NCBI GenBank assembly: GCA_963663165.1
Contig: OY760175.1
Coordinates: 384,001-448,000 of the forward strand
Origin: an uncultured Desulfospira sp.
GTDB lineage: Bacteria > Desulfobacterota > Desulfobacteria > Desulfobacterales > Desulfobacteraceae
DNA length: 64,000 bases
Direction: 5' to 3'
Position 1 is the stretch's first letter. The number at the start of each line of letters is the position of its first letter. Made by a program: the position numbers and the translations under genes. Below are positions 28,006 to 38,381 of this stretch, in pieces. The notes under the pieces are model-generated. The model worked only from the letters and a program-made list of their open reading frames with translations. It did not search any database and was not told where the DNA came from.

Positions 28006-31000
28006 CTAATACCCTTCAGTTTTCAGCCTCACATCCAGGGCAGAGTCCAGGAAATTCCTTTTCGAGAAATACTTTAAAAAGGGTGTAATTACCTTGTTCT
28101 TGTTGCCGCCTGAAACGTCATAGGTGATGGTGGCAATGGGCACCCCTGTTTTTTCTTCGAGCCTGGCAGCCATGGCTTCGGTGACAAGCCCCGGGCAGCA
28201 GAAGGCCGGGTTGGCCTGCACCAGCAGGGCAAGGTCCGGGTGCTTGTGGACAATGTGGTGGATTTTCAAGACATTGTCCATGGATTCGCCGGTATGTTCA
28301 GGCTGCATGCCGTACTGCTCAAGGATGTTCTCATACCCCTGGCTGACATCCAGGTCTTCTTCATTTAAAATGGGTTCAAAGTATTTATAGTATTTTTTCT
28401 CCATGGCGCTCATGGCGATGAACAGGGCCTTGTTGGACAGCAGGCTTAAATATTTGCCCTCTTTGAACCACTTTTTAAAATACGCGCTGGCAATGATTTT
28501 GATGTAGGTGTAGTAGGGCGTGACCACGACTTCGCCGCCGTTGGCTTCGATAAACCGGACCAGGTTCTGGTTCATCAGATCGTTGTCCCGGACGTAAAGG
28601 TCCCCGAAAATGGCCACTTTGGGCCTTGTTCCCCTTTGAGTTGTGGGGATTTTTGACAGCAGGCCCACGGCTTCCTTTAACGCCTTTTCCTTGGAACCGC
28701 CCGTCAGAAAGGCCCCGTTAATAATGGACAGGGCCTGGTCCAGGGCCTGGTCGGTCTGGCCTTTATAAATTTCATAGGGCCTGATCTTGCACCCCATGCT
28801 TCGCAGCAGCCCCCCGAACATATAGGCAAAATAGGTGTTGGTGGAAGCCCGGAAGGAGATTTCCGATAAGGACAGTTCGCCTAAGTATATGCCGGATTTT
28901 TCAAACCCATTGCCCTCCCGTTCCAGGATCTGGCGGATGTGAAAGGGATACATCTTGATATTGCAGGCAATTTCAGACTGGTTAAGCCAGAGAACCGCCG
29001 TTTCCGGGTTTATATGGTTTTTCCGGACCGTGTGAATAAAGGCGGCGGCCACAGCATTGAGGGGGATGCACTGGCCCGTGTTGGTGAGGACACATTTTTT
29101 AAGGGTTTCATGGGTTTCCTCCATGAGCAGGGCATTGATCCCCTCGTTTCTGAATACCGAGACCACCAGGCTTGCGGTGAACCGGTCCCAGTTCGGGAAG
29201 ATAATGGTCTTGCCTTCCAGGGAATTGGCCCGGCCTTTGTCAAACAGGGGGTGGTCCGGGATCTGAAGGGGCGGCTTGGTTTGGTTATGGTTGGTAAAGG
29301 CCCGGACCGCCGCCTCGATTCTGGTTTCATACCCCACGCTGGAATCGTGTTCGTCCAGTTCCAGGACCAGGCAGGGTTTATTGAACTGCTCCATGATTTT
29401 TTTAAAGTAATCCACGGCAAAAGAGTCCGGGGTACATTTAAACGAGGAGATATAAACCGGATAAAGATCCGGGGATATGGCGGCCATATAGGCTGATTCC
29501 AGGATATCGGCGGCGTGTTTCCAGTGGATTTCATTGAGGACGGTATCAATGGGTGAAAAATCCACGTTCTGTTTGTCCAGCATGTCCTGGAAAAATACCG
29601 GAATCCCTAAATTCTCAAATATTTTGGGAATATTGCTGTTCATGGCGGCGGACAGCACTGTGTAAGGCCGTCCCAAAATCAGGGCCTTGACGCCGGTTGT
29701 CCGGGCTCTGGTCTCATTAAACCAGGCGGACAGTTTTGCCTGATTCTGCTGTTTAAACTCAACGGCCCGGTCCCAGGCCGCCCCAATATCAAAAAAGGAG
29801 AACAGAAAATCAGGGGAGATCTTTTTTAAGGCCCGGTACAGCTCCATTTTGGTATAAAAAGTGGTGTAAAGGTATTTGATGGTCGGAGAGATGATCCGGT
29901 CCCGGTCAATCCCGGTAAGGCAGGTCAGGGTGACCGGGGAAAACTGGGTGTAATAGCAGTGCTGGCGCCGGTATTTCTTATCCTTTAACCGGTCCTCAAA
30001 ATAGGAGGGGAGAAACACATAATCGGCCCGGTCTAAAAGATGGACCACATGGCCGTGAAGGGAGACCATGGGGGCGCAGAATTCGGCGGCGGCAATGCTT
30101 TTGCCAAGCTTGACCGGTTGTTTAAGGGACCGGCTGGTGACGGTTTTAATGCCAAGGGCAGAAAAAAAGAACTCCCAGAATTCAAGGTCTTCGAACATGT
30201 GCAGGGCCGCAGGAAGGCCAATGGTAAAATCGTGTTTGGCCCGGGGTTTTTCCTTGAGGCGGGTCAGCTGCTGCCGGGTTTTGAGCAGGTCAAAGGCGGT
30301 GTCTTTGTTGACTTTTTTCTGAGTTTCATAATCCCTGCCGCATAAGAATCCGTAGGCCTGGGGACCGTCCGGCATCTCGGCAATGGTCAGCTTGCAGTGA
30401 TTGGTGCAAAGCTGGCAGACCTCCCGGCGGACCGGGATGGCCTGTTTCCAGAGGTCAAATCCCCTGAAGGCGGATGTTTCAAGGTTTTCCGCCCGGGCTA
30501 AAAGGGCGCACCCCAGTGCCCCGGTCAGATGGCAGAACCGGGAAACCTGGATGGGTTTGTTAAGTTTCTGCTCAAAGGCGGCTACCAGGGCTTTGTTCCG
30601 GGCTGTGGCCCCCTGAAAGAGGATGCACTCTCCGATAAGGCTTTGGCTGGCCACCTTGGTCAGGTAATTGTCCCGGACCGAATGAAGGACTGAGGCCAGG
30701 ATTTCGTTGGTCTGGTATCCTTCCTCAAGATAGTAGTTGATGTCCCGTTCCATGAAAACCGTGCACCGGTCACTGGATACCGGGGCAATGACCCCCTGGG
30801 CCCGGCCGGAATAATCCGAAAGGGGGCAGGCCAGTTTTAAGGCCTGCTCTTCAATAAAGCTGCCCGTGCCGGCGGCGCAGACCGTGTTCATGGTGGAAGA
30901 GGTGACCATGCCGTCCCGAAGCAACGTGAATTTGGCGTCCTGGCCCCCGATTTCAATGATGGTGTCCACACGGGGGTTCAGGTTGACAGCGGCCGTGGCA

Positions 31001-32235
31001 TGGGCTGTGATTTCATCGGGCTCAATGTCGGCCCCGATGATTTTGCCGCTGATCCGGCGGCCTGATCCGGTGGTGCCGCATCCTTTGATGGGAAAATCCA
31101 GGTTAAAATCATTTAAAAAGCCGTGGCAGGCCTTGAATAATTTTTGAACCGCCTCTACGGGCCGGGATGCGGTTTTGGTGTAAAACCCGGCCAGAGGCGC
31201 GCCGTCCTGGTTGGTGAGGATACACTTGGTGCTGGTGGAGCCCACGTCAAGGCCTAAATATCCCCAGGAGATGGACAGGGTGTTGGGGTCAACAAACACA
31301 TCGGATTCCACCCCTTCAAAATCATAGGATTTATAGGATGAAAAGTCCGGGTAGTCGGACAGTTTCAATTCAAGGGGCGGGTATTCCAGGCTGTTTTCCA
31401 AAGATTCCGTCCGGAATATGTCTTCGGGAAAGGCAAAGGATACCGGGGCCATCTCGCTTATCTCATCGGAAAGGCAGAGGGCCGCGCCAATGGCTCCGTA
31501 AAAACAGGACAATTCATCCACAAACAGGTCATGGCCGATGATGGACTCCAAATGGGCTTTGACGGCGCTGTTTTGAGACACCCCGCCGCAGAAGAGAATC
31601 CGGCCTTCCCCGACCTTTTTCTTGAACAGGGTATTGGCGATGTTTTTGGCCAGGCCAAAGCTTAAGCCATCACAGATCTGGGCAATGTCATACCCCTCCT
31701 GCTGGGCATGAATCAGGTCGGTCTTGGCAAACACGGCACACCGGGTGGCAATGTCCGGGCGGGGCTTTTGGTTTTCCAAGGCCATACGGCTGATTTCCCC
31801 GGAGCCTCCAAGGTTCAGCCGTCTGGCCTGCTGGTCTAAAAAACCCCCGGTGCCGGCGGCACAGGAGGTGTTATGCCGGGCACCGGTATAATTGCCCTGG
31901 CGGTCAAACAGGCTTAGGGAAAATTTTTCACCGCCGATGTTGAGCAGGGCGGTGAAATCTTTTTTGTGAAAATGGCGTGCGGCACGGATCAGGGCGACCT
32001 GCCCGTCAATCCGGGAAAGGGATTTGATATAAGAGGGGGTGCTGTCGGTGACGGCCACATGGGTAACCGGGGCCAGGGCCGGGTGGCAAAGCAGGCCGGA
32101 CAGGGTCGTTTTAACGTCACCGTTGTGAAAGGCCCCGACCGTGTGGATAATGGTTGCGGTATCTTTGTCCGGTTCAATGGCGGCAATGTGAAGGGATACC
32201 GAGCCCACATCAATTCCCAGAACAAGTGGTGTCAT
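28006..32235 (-). CDS. Second multidomain CoA-substrate enzyme activase-like protein
   Basis: GIDVGSVS, CAAGTG, GLDVGSTSTK, EIGGQD, CQLCTNHC, FKCTPD, NPAFCCP. Confidence 0.9.
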   Translation of the reverse strand: MTPLVLGIDVGSVSLHIAAIEPDKDTATIIHTVGAFHNGDVKTTLSGLLCHPALAPVTHVAVTDSTPSYIKSLSRIDGQVALIRAARHFHKKDFTALLNIGGEKFSLSLFDRQGNYTGARHNTSCAAGTGGFLDQQARRLNLGGSGEISRMALENQKPRPDIATRCAVFAKTDLIHAQQEGYDIAQICDGLSFGLAKNIANTLFKKKVGEGRILFCGGVSQNSAVKAHLESIIGHDLFVDELSCFYGAIGAALCLSDEISEMAPVSFAFPEDIFRTESLENSLEYPPLELKLSDYPDFSSYKSYDFEGVESDVFVDPNTLSISWGYLGLDVGSTSTKCILTNQDGAPLAGFYTKTASRPVEAVQKLFKACHGFLNDFNLDFPIKGCGTTGSGRRISGKIIGADIEPDEITAHATAAVNLNPRVDTIIEIGGQDAKFTLLRDGMVTSSTMNTVCAAGTGSFIEEQALKLACPLSDYSGRAQGVIAPVSSDRCTVFMERDINYYLEEGYQTNEILASVLHSVRDNYLTKVASQSLIGECILFQGATARNKALVAAFEQKLNKPIQVSRFCHLTGALGCALLARAENLETSAFRGFDLWKQAIPVRREVCQLCTNHCKLTIAEMPDGPQAYGFLCGRDYETQKKVNKDTAFDLLKTRQQLTRLKEKPRAKHDFTIGLPAALHMFEDLEFWEFFFSALGIKTVTSRSLKQPVKLGKSIAAAEFCAPMVSLHGHVVHLLDRADYVFLPSYFEDRLKDKKYRRQHCYYTQFSPVTLTCLTGIDRDRIISPTIKYLYTTFYTKMELYRALKKISPDFLFSFFDIGAAWDRAVEFKQQNQAKLSAWFNETRARTTGVKALILGRPYTVLSAAMNSNIPKIFENLGIPVFFQDMLDKQNVDFSPIDTVLNEIHWKHAADILESAYMAAISPDLYPVYISSFKCTPDSFAVDYFKKIMEQFNKPCLVLELDEHDSSVGYETRIEAAVRAFTNHNQTKPPLQIPDHPLFDKGRANSLEGKTIIFPNWDRFTASLVVSVFRNEGINALLMEETHETLKKCVLTNTGQCIPLNAVAAAFIHTVRKNHINPETAVLWLNQSEIACNIKMYPFHIRQILEREGNGFEKSGIYLGELSLSEISFRASTNTYFAYMFGGLLRSMGCKIRPYEIYKGQTDQALDQALSIINGAFLTGGSKEKALKEAVGLLSKIPTTQRGTRPKVAIFGDLYVRDNDLMNQNLVRFIEANGGEVVVTPYYTYIKIIASAYFKKWFKEGKYLSLLSNKALFIAMSAMEKKYYKYFEPILNEEDLDVSQGYENILEQYGMQPEHTGESMDNVLKIHHIVHKHPDLALLVQANPAFCCPGLVTEAMAARLEEKTGVPIATITYDVSGGNKNKVITPFLKYFSKRNFLDSALDVRLKTEGY

Positions 32236-32236
32236 C

Positions 32237-32710
32237 TTAAATGCGCTCCTTTATCTGGTTCCAGAATTCAGCCACCCCGGCAAACCACCCGTCCACAAAC
32301 TGTCTTTCATGGTCGGTCCCGCCGTCCAGGGCGTATTTTCCCAGTTCATTGGCATCGTATATGTTTTCAAAATAGGCTTTGTATGTGGGGTCATTGATCA
32401 GCTGGTACGTATCTTCCAGGCTCAGTACGTACAGCAGGTCTTCATAATGGGCGGATCTGGCCCAAAGTTCTCCCTGGGCTTTTCCGGACTTGAAAAATTT
32501 TTTTTCCCAAATCAGCTTTTCATGCTTTAAGCGGGCAATGATGTCCTGCATGTCCATGTCTTCGGAAAACCGTTTTTTAAAGGCTTCCTTTTTTTGAATG
32601 GCTTCGGTAACCGCTTCCTGGAACATGGCGGACAGGTTGAATGAGTCCCGCCAGTCTTTGAGCTTTTCATGAAGCAGGTCCGGGATGCTTAAGGTAATTT
32701 TCTGGGCCAT
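32237..32710 (-). CDS. Hypothetical protein with a ribbon-helix-helix-like N-terminus; possible regulator
   Basis: KITLSIPDLLHEKLK...NLSAMFQEAV pattern; abuts the activase gene. Confidence 0.6.
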   Translation of the reverse strand: MAQKITLSIPDLLHEKLKDWRDSFNLSAMFQEAVTEAIQKKEAFKKRFSEDMDMQDIIARLKHEKLIWEKKFFKSGKAQGELWARSAHYEDLLYVLSLEDTYQLINDPTYKAYFENIYDANELGKYALDGGTDHERQFVDGWFAGVAEFWNQIKERI

Positions 32711-32937
32711 GGGAGTTGTCCTTCAAGCTTGAAATGGTTTGGTAACAGCTTCAAAAGATGCCGGGACCGGATGGCCGGCTCAAACTGTCCATCTGGTTTT
32801 GAAATGGCATCCTTTGATAAGTTGATACATACGTAATCATTTTTATTGTACGTGTCAATGGGAAAAAGGGAGACCGGAAACCGGAAGAAAGGAGACCGGA
32901 GACCGAAACCGTCAAGTTCCCTGGTTTGAGCGGTAGG

Positions 32938-32988
32938 GTTGGAGCGGGCCATGCCCGCGATTCGATCGCGGGCATGGCCCGCTCCAAC
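32938..32988. repeat. REP/REPIN-like perfect palindrome
   Basis: GTTGGAGCGGGCCATGCCCGCGAT-TCG-ATCGCGGGCATGGCCCGCTCCAAC (24-bp arms). Confidence 0.75.
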
Positions 32989-33479
32989 AAGGCGACCTTT
33001 CATGCTCTTGTTCACATCGTTTAGCTCGGTGGATAAAAGAATTGTGTTGCCACCAAATTTTCCGATAGCGATCCCGATAGCGATAGCGGGCAGTCCGCCT
33101 GTTTGAACCGGCAGTCGGGAGATTCAACTATATTGAAGTTAGATGCATTATTTTTTTTATAACGGCCCGTGGCCGTTAGTTCGGATGTCCCGGCGGCCAC
33201 CCGTTTTCTTTGAGATAAACCCCTTGAAAAGCCAAGAGTTTATGAAATAAGTAGGGTGTCGGTACAACGCCTTTGACCGGATAATTTCATTTGCCACCCC
33301 GTTTTTTGTCTCCCTTTTTTATGGCCCTCCCCGCAAGGTCGTTCCCCTTCAGCCATGGGCTGTTTTCTTTTTACACCTGAAAAAATCAACCATCCGTCAG
33401 GCCATGTTTTTTTAGCCGTGTGGTTCCATATCCGGTCCGGATATGGTTACGGCTTTATGCTTTTTTCAAAGGAGGATAC

Positions 33480-34478
33480 ATGAAAACAAAACAAATTTTA
33501 CCCTTTATCCTGGCCATCATCAATGCGGCCACGGCCATGGCAAAAACAATGACGGTCCCATCATCGGCTTATTCAACCATTCAGGGAGCCATTGATGCGG
33601 CCTCTTCCGGTGATACGATCCAGGTCCTGGCCGGAAGCTATGAAGAAAACCTCACCTTAAAAAGTGGGGTAAATGTCCTGGGGGCCGGATTTGAAACCAC
33701 CATCCTATTGTGGATAATGACAACGACGGTATCTGGTGTTACAAATCGGCACCCGTTATCAAGAACAATATTATTGCTGGCAATGACGCATACGGCATTT
33801 TAGCGTCCCATAGCACCGCCGCCATACCGGAAATTTCCTACAATAATGTATGGGAGAATCATGGCAATTATGGCTCCCAGGTCGGGGGCTCGGCTGAGCC
33901 GGGCCCCGGGGATATATCGGTTGATCCGTTGCTCATTGAGCCGGCGTCAAATTTCTCCCGGGGATATTATCTGGATGAAGACTCTCCCTGCATTTGATGA
34001 TGGCACCGTGATACCGGAATGCGGCATGATCAGTCTGGGTGATGATATGGAAAATTTGAATTTCAATATTGTCGCCTGGCACGAAAACGGCTTTCTAAGA
34101 AATTATGAACTGTCTGTCTTTTACGGTAAAAATAAGGACGCAGGGGATGTGGCAGCGGACCAGTATGCCGGTTCCAATGACAGCAGTCCTCCGGACTGGC
34201 AGGGGGTTAAAGATACCTTTGATTCCCTGACAGCAATGAAATCGGGAGACCTTGATGTATGGCATGACCCGGGCTGTGCCTATCAGTTCCATCTGCGGGC
34301 CTGGGCCAGAACCATGGACGGGTTTACCCATATCCGGTCAGCCACGTTCAATGACCACTATTACATTCAGATTTCTCCGGTAAATCAGTGCCTGGCTGAT
34401 CTGGATAACAGCGGTGCCGTTGACGGCGAAGACCTGCGCATTTTTGCCGAAGAATATGGCACCACCGGATGCTGGTAA
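33480..34478 (+). pseudogene. Frameshifted secreted parallel beta-helix protein with a C-terminal EF-hand/dockerin-like motif
   Basis: Signal peptide plus TIQGAIDAASSGDTIQVLAGSYEENL, then NNIIAGN...YNNVW...DPLL...SPCI in a second frame, then ADLDNSGAVDGEDL in a third. Confidence 0.7.
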
Positions 34479-34554
34479 CCTTATGTATAAGAGATTTTGT
34501 CTTTTTTGGGGCCTGTCTTGTCTTTTGGAGATAAACCGGTTATAAATTCTGTTC

Positions 34555-35346
34555 ATGATCATTGAATTTACTGAAAGAACAGGGGCTGCCGCGATTCGGT
34601 CAATTGAAACCTTTGGCCGGTTCTGTCTTTTTTTTGCGGCGGGCATCAGTCAGTTTTTTGTCCTGCCCATTCAGTTTGACAAGATCCTGGAACAGGTCTG
34701 GTTTATCGGGGCCAAATCCATTTTCGTCATTGTCCTGACCGGGCTGTTTACCGGGATGGTCCTGGGGCTTCAAGGATACTACTCCCTGGTGGATTACGGG
34801 TCTGAGGCCGCCCTCGGGGCGGCGGTGGCCCTGACCCTGGTCCGGGAACTCGGGCCGGTTCTTTGTGCCATCATGATCGCGGCCCGGGCCGGATCTGCCA
34901 TGGCGGCCGAAATCGGGGTGATGCGCATATCCGAACAGATTGACGCCTTAAAAACCATGCAGATCAATCCCATCCGGTTCGTGTTTACCCCCCGGGTGGT
35001 GGCGGCCGTGATCAGCTTTCCCTTGCTGACGGCCTTGTTTGACGTTATCGGGATTTTCGGCGGTTACCTGACCGGGTCGGTGATGCTGGGCATCAACCGG
35101 ACGGTCTACATGGACCGGGTCATCTCAAGCGTCCTGATGGCGGATATCAACGGCGGGTTTATCAAGTCCTTTGTGTTTGCCCTGCTGGTGACCGGCATCT
35201 GCTGTTTTCAAGGATTTTATACCCATCTTCAGGAAGGGGGCGGGGTGGGGGCCAAGGGTGTATCCATGTCCACCACCAACGCGGTGGTCGGGTCTTGTGT
35301 CTATATCCTGATTTCTGACTATATCATCACTTATTTTCTGGTTTAA
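34555..35346 (+). CDS. mlaE: MlaE ABC permease
   Basis: RELGPVL, GSAMAAEIGVMRISEQIDAL, TTNAVV. Confidence 0.93.
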   Translation: MIIEFTERTGAAAIRSIETFGRFCLFFAAGISQFFVLPIQFDKILEQVWFIGAKSIFVIVLTGLFTGMVLGLQGYYSLVDYGSEAALGAAVALTLVRELGPVLCAIMIAARAGSAMAAEIGVMRISEQIDALKTMQINPIRFVFTPRVVAAVISFPLLTALFDVIGIFGGYLTGSVMLGINRTVYMDRVISSVLMADINGGFIKSFVFALLVTGICCFQGFYTHLQEGGGVGAKGVSMSTTNAVVGSCVYILISDYIITYFLV

Positions 35347-35351
35347 TCCCC

Positions 35352-36101
35352 ATGACAGAACCGCTTATTGAATTTATCGGCATCAAAAAAAGTTTTGGGG
35401 ACAACCATGTTCTCAAAGGGATTGACCTGCCCATATATGAAGGCCTGATTACGGCCATCATCGGCAAAAGCGGCACTGGAAAATCTGTATTGCTCAAGCA
35501 TATCATCGGCCTTGTCAAACAGGATGAAGGAACCCTGAAGGTCCGGGGGCAGTCCCTTAAAACTTTGTCGAAAAAAGAGCTCAGGGCCTTTCAAAAGAAC
35601 TTAAGCTACATGTTCCAGGACAATGCCCTGTTTGATTTTTTAAATATTTTTGACAACATTGCCCTGCCGCTGGTTGAAACCCGGAAGGGATCAGGCCTTT
35701 CAAAAGAAATCATCCGAAAAAAAGTGGCCATGAGAATGGAACAGCTCGAGCTTTCAGGGAATGAACATAAATTCCCCCTGGAGCTTTCCGGGGGCATGCG
35801 CAAACGGGTGGCCTTAGCCCGGGCCCTGGTCACCGACCCCAAGGTTGTTCTATTTGACGAGCCCACCACCGGGCTTGATCCGGTCAGGAAACACGATGTC
35901 CATTCCATGATCCAGTCATATCAGGAACAGTTCGGGTTTACCGCCGTGATTGTCAGCCATGACATCCCTGAGATTTTTGATGTGGCCCAGAAGATCGCCA
36001 TGCTGGACGAAGGAAAGATTATTTTCGAAGGAACCCGGGACCAGTTGATGGGTTCGGATAACCAACGGCTCAATGCATTTATTCAGGGCCGGGAAGCGTA
36101 A
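35352..36101 (+). CDS. mlaF: MlaF ABC ATPase
   Basis: GKSGTGKS, LSGGMRKRVALARA, DEPTTGLDP, VSHD. Confidence 0.9.
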   Translation: MTEPLIEFIGIKKSFGDNHVLKGIDLPIYEGLITAIIGKSGTGKSVLLKHIIGLVKQDEGTLKVRGQSLKTLSKKELRAFQKNLSYMFQDNALFDFLNIFDNIALPLVETRKGSGLSKEIIRKKVAMRMEQLELSGNEHKFPLELSGGMRKRVALARALVTDPKVVLFDEPTTGLDPVRKHDVHSMIQSYQEQFGFTAVIVSHDIPEIFDVAQKIAMLDEGKIIFEGTRDQLMGSDNQRLNAFIQGREA

Positions 36102-36102
36102 C

Positions 36103-36207
36103 CGCTAACAGCTAAAAAGAAGCTTTTAGCTATAAGCCATTAGCTTTTAGCCATAAGGACTTACAACCATTCGCTAAAGGCTAAGGGCTAACAGCTAACA
36201 GCTTATA
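36103..36207. repeat. GCTAACA/TTAGC-type heptamer palindromic repeat tract
   Basis: Same unit at 42267-42380, 55119-55156 and 58430-58517. Confidence 0.7.
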
Positions 36208-36224
36208 AAGCCAAAGGCAAATAA

Positions 36225-36683
36225 ATGGAAAGAAGAAAAAAAGAATTTTACGTGGGCTTTTTTGTGCTGATCGGCCTGCTGGCCTCAGGGTATCTGCTGG
36301 TCACCTTAGGTGAAATTACCCCGTTTTCCAATAACCACTATACGGTTTTTGGATATTTCTCGTCTGTATCCGGCCTGAAACAGGGGGCCCGGGTGGAGAT
36401 TGCCGGGGTTCCCGTCGGCACGGTAGCTTCGGTTGACATTGACCGGAAACGGCTTCTGGCCAAGGTTGAGTTTGCCATTGACAAGACCATAGAGCTGTCC
36501 GAAGATTCCATTGCCTCAGTCAAAACTTCTGGTATAATAGGTGAAAAGTATATTGATATTTTACCGGGCGGATCGGATATGTTTCTTGAGAACGGCGATG
36601 AAATTGAGAACACCGAATCCACCGTTGACATCGAATCCCTTGTAAGAAGGTTTATATTCAGCGATGAAAAATCTGATAAATAG
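36225..36683 (+). CDS. mlaD: MlaD MCE protein
   Basis: SGLKQGARVEIAGVPVGTV and TSGIIGEKYI. Confidence 0.92.
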   Translation: MERRKKEFYVGFFVLIGLLASGYLLVTLGEITPFSNNHYTVFGYFSSVSGLKQGARVEIAGVPVGTVASVDIDRKRLLAKVEFAIDKTIELSEDSIASVKTSGIIGEKYIDILPGGSDMFLENGDEIENTESTVDIESLVRRFIFSDEKSDK

Positions 36684-37311
36684 ATCTTTGTTCAGGGCCT
36701 GCCTCCTATGGGCGGCCTGTTGTCTTATCGTGCTGGGTTCAGGGGTGGCTTTTGCAGGGCCGTCTGCCGCTGACACAGAAGCCCAGGCCCAGTTAAAGGC
36801 CTTTGTGGATGATATGCTTTCCCTGATCCGGGAAACACCGGAAGGCGTAACGTTGGCGTCCCGAAAAGACCAGCTTCATGACAGGGCCATGAAAATGTTT
36901 GATTTTTCAACTTTTTCCATGCTCTCCTTAGGGGCAAAATACCGCTCTTTTTCCGATGCCCAGAAAGAAGCGTTTACCCAGTGTTTTTCTCAGTTGATCT
37001 GCAACACCTATGTGGCAAAGCTTGAGGGACAACGGGTGGACAACATTCAAATTGAATATGATGACCCCATGCCCCTTGCCCCGAAACGGGATACCCTGCG
37101 CTCGGATGTCCCGAGCCGGATTATTCAGGAAGGCGTTCCCATTCCCGTCATATACCGGATGATCAAAAGGGGAGACGGGGAATGGAAAATTTACGATGTC
37201 AAAATAGAGGGCGTCAGCATGGCCGCCAATTACCGGGAGCAGTTCCGGCAGGCGGTTAATGATTCTCCTGAAAAAATTATTAACGATATCAAGGAAAAAC
37301 TCAAAGAGTGA
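36664..37311 (+). CDS. mlaC: MlaC/Ttg2D phospholipid-binding protein
   Basis: WKIYDVKIEGVSMAANYREQF. Confidence 0.9.
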   Translation: MKNLINRSLFRACLLWAACCLIVLGSGVAFAGPSAADTEAQAQLKAFVDDMLSLIRETPEGVTLASRKDQLHDRAMKMFDFSTFSMLSLGAKYRSFSDAQKEAFTQCFSQLICNTYVAKLEGQRVDNIQIEYDDPMPLAPKRDTLRSDVPSRIIQEGVPIPVIYRMIKRGDGEWKIYDVKIEGVSMAANYREQFRQAVNDSPEKIINDIKEKLKE

Positions 37312-38174
37312 AAACAAAACGGTTCATCCTCAATGGTGTGCTGGCAGGGGTATTTCTTCTTTTCTCAACCTGTACCACTGGTCTGGCCCAGGATTCCTCA
37401 GCTTCCTGGGAAGTGATGGACCAGGCCGGGGAAGGCTTTGAGTTTGATTCTCCGTTTTTACTGGCCAAGGCCGGATGGACCGGGGCAAGCCCGTCCGGTG
37501 ATAAGGATCAGGACGTGGATGACGGGCTGGACTTATTTGAAGAGTATGATGAAAGCCTGGTTCAAGAGGCCATGGTGCCGGACCCCCTTTATTACTTTAA
37601 CTATGCCATGTACGCGTTGAACGATGTCCTTTATTTTTATGCCATCAAACCCGTGGGCCAGGGGTATAAAGCCGTTGTTCCCACCATTGTCCGAAAGGGA
37701 ATCCGCAATTTTTTCCATAATCTTCTGTTTCCGGTCCGGTTTGTGAACAATCTGCTTCAGGGCAAGGTGGTCAATACGTCCAATGAATTCGGTATTTTTC
37801 TGGTAAACTCCACATTGGGCGTCCTCGGGTTTAACCAGTATGCCCAGGAACACATGGATATCAAAACCAATGCCGAGGATCTTGGACAGACCTTTGGGAC
37901 CTGGTCCATTGGTGAAGGACTTTACCTGGTCCTGCCGTTTTTCGGCCCCACCACCGCCCGGGACGCTGTGGGCCGGGTAGGGGACTATTTTATCACGCCG
38001 CTCAATTACCTTGACCCCTGGGAACTTTACTGGGGAAGCACCGCCCTCAGATCCGTCAACGATGCCTCCTTTAGAATCGGGGATTATGAGGCCTTGAAAC
38101 AGGCTGCCCTGGATCCTTATGCGGCCCTTAAGAATGCGTACATCCAAAATCGCAGGGCCGCCATCCTTAAGTAG
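37308..38174 (+). CDS. mlaA: MlaA/VacJ family protein
   Basis: NNLLQGK, EDLGQTFG, YLVLPFFGPTTARD, DPYAALKNAY. Confidence 0.9.
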   Translation: MKTKRFILNGVLAGVFLLFSTCTTGLAQDSSASWEVMDQAGEGFEFDSPFLLAKAGWTGASPSGDKDQDVDDGLDLFEEYDESLVQEAMVPDPLYYFNYAMYALNDVLYFYAIKPVGQGYKAVVPTIVRKGIRNFFHNLLFPVRFVNNLLQGKVVNTSNEFGIFLVNSTLGVLGFNQYAQEHMDIKTNAEDLGQTFGTWSIGEGLYLVLPFFGPTTARDAVGRVGDYFITPLNYLDPWELYWGSTALRSVNDASFRIGDYEALKQAALDPYAALKNAYIQNRRAAILK

Positions 38175-38300
38175 TGTTTGAACGAAAAGTCACCCATCTG
38201 CTGTGTTGCAAAAAAAGTTGCAATCCTCACAACCTTCCAGGTTGCTCCGGTTGCAACTTTTTTTTGCGCCTTGCATCTGGGCAACTTTTCGTTCAAACAC
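38174..38300. repeat. Long imperfect hairpin element between convergent genes
   Basis: GTGTTTGAACGAAAAGT ... ACTTTTCGTTCAAACAC arms with an inner GCAAAAAAAGTTGCAA / TTGCAACTTTTTTTGC stem. Confidence 0.75.
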
Positions 38301-38381
38301 CGGGGAAATCGGCAAGTGAGAAAGTGGCCAGGCTGAAAGGAACGCGCAGCCCTAAACTCCTTCAACATTCAGCCTAATCCC

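Noticed and set aside
32689..33127. Short minus-strand ORFs
   Set aside because: They run through REP and heptamer repeats and show no coding signature
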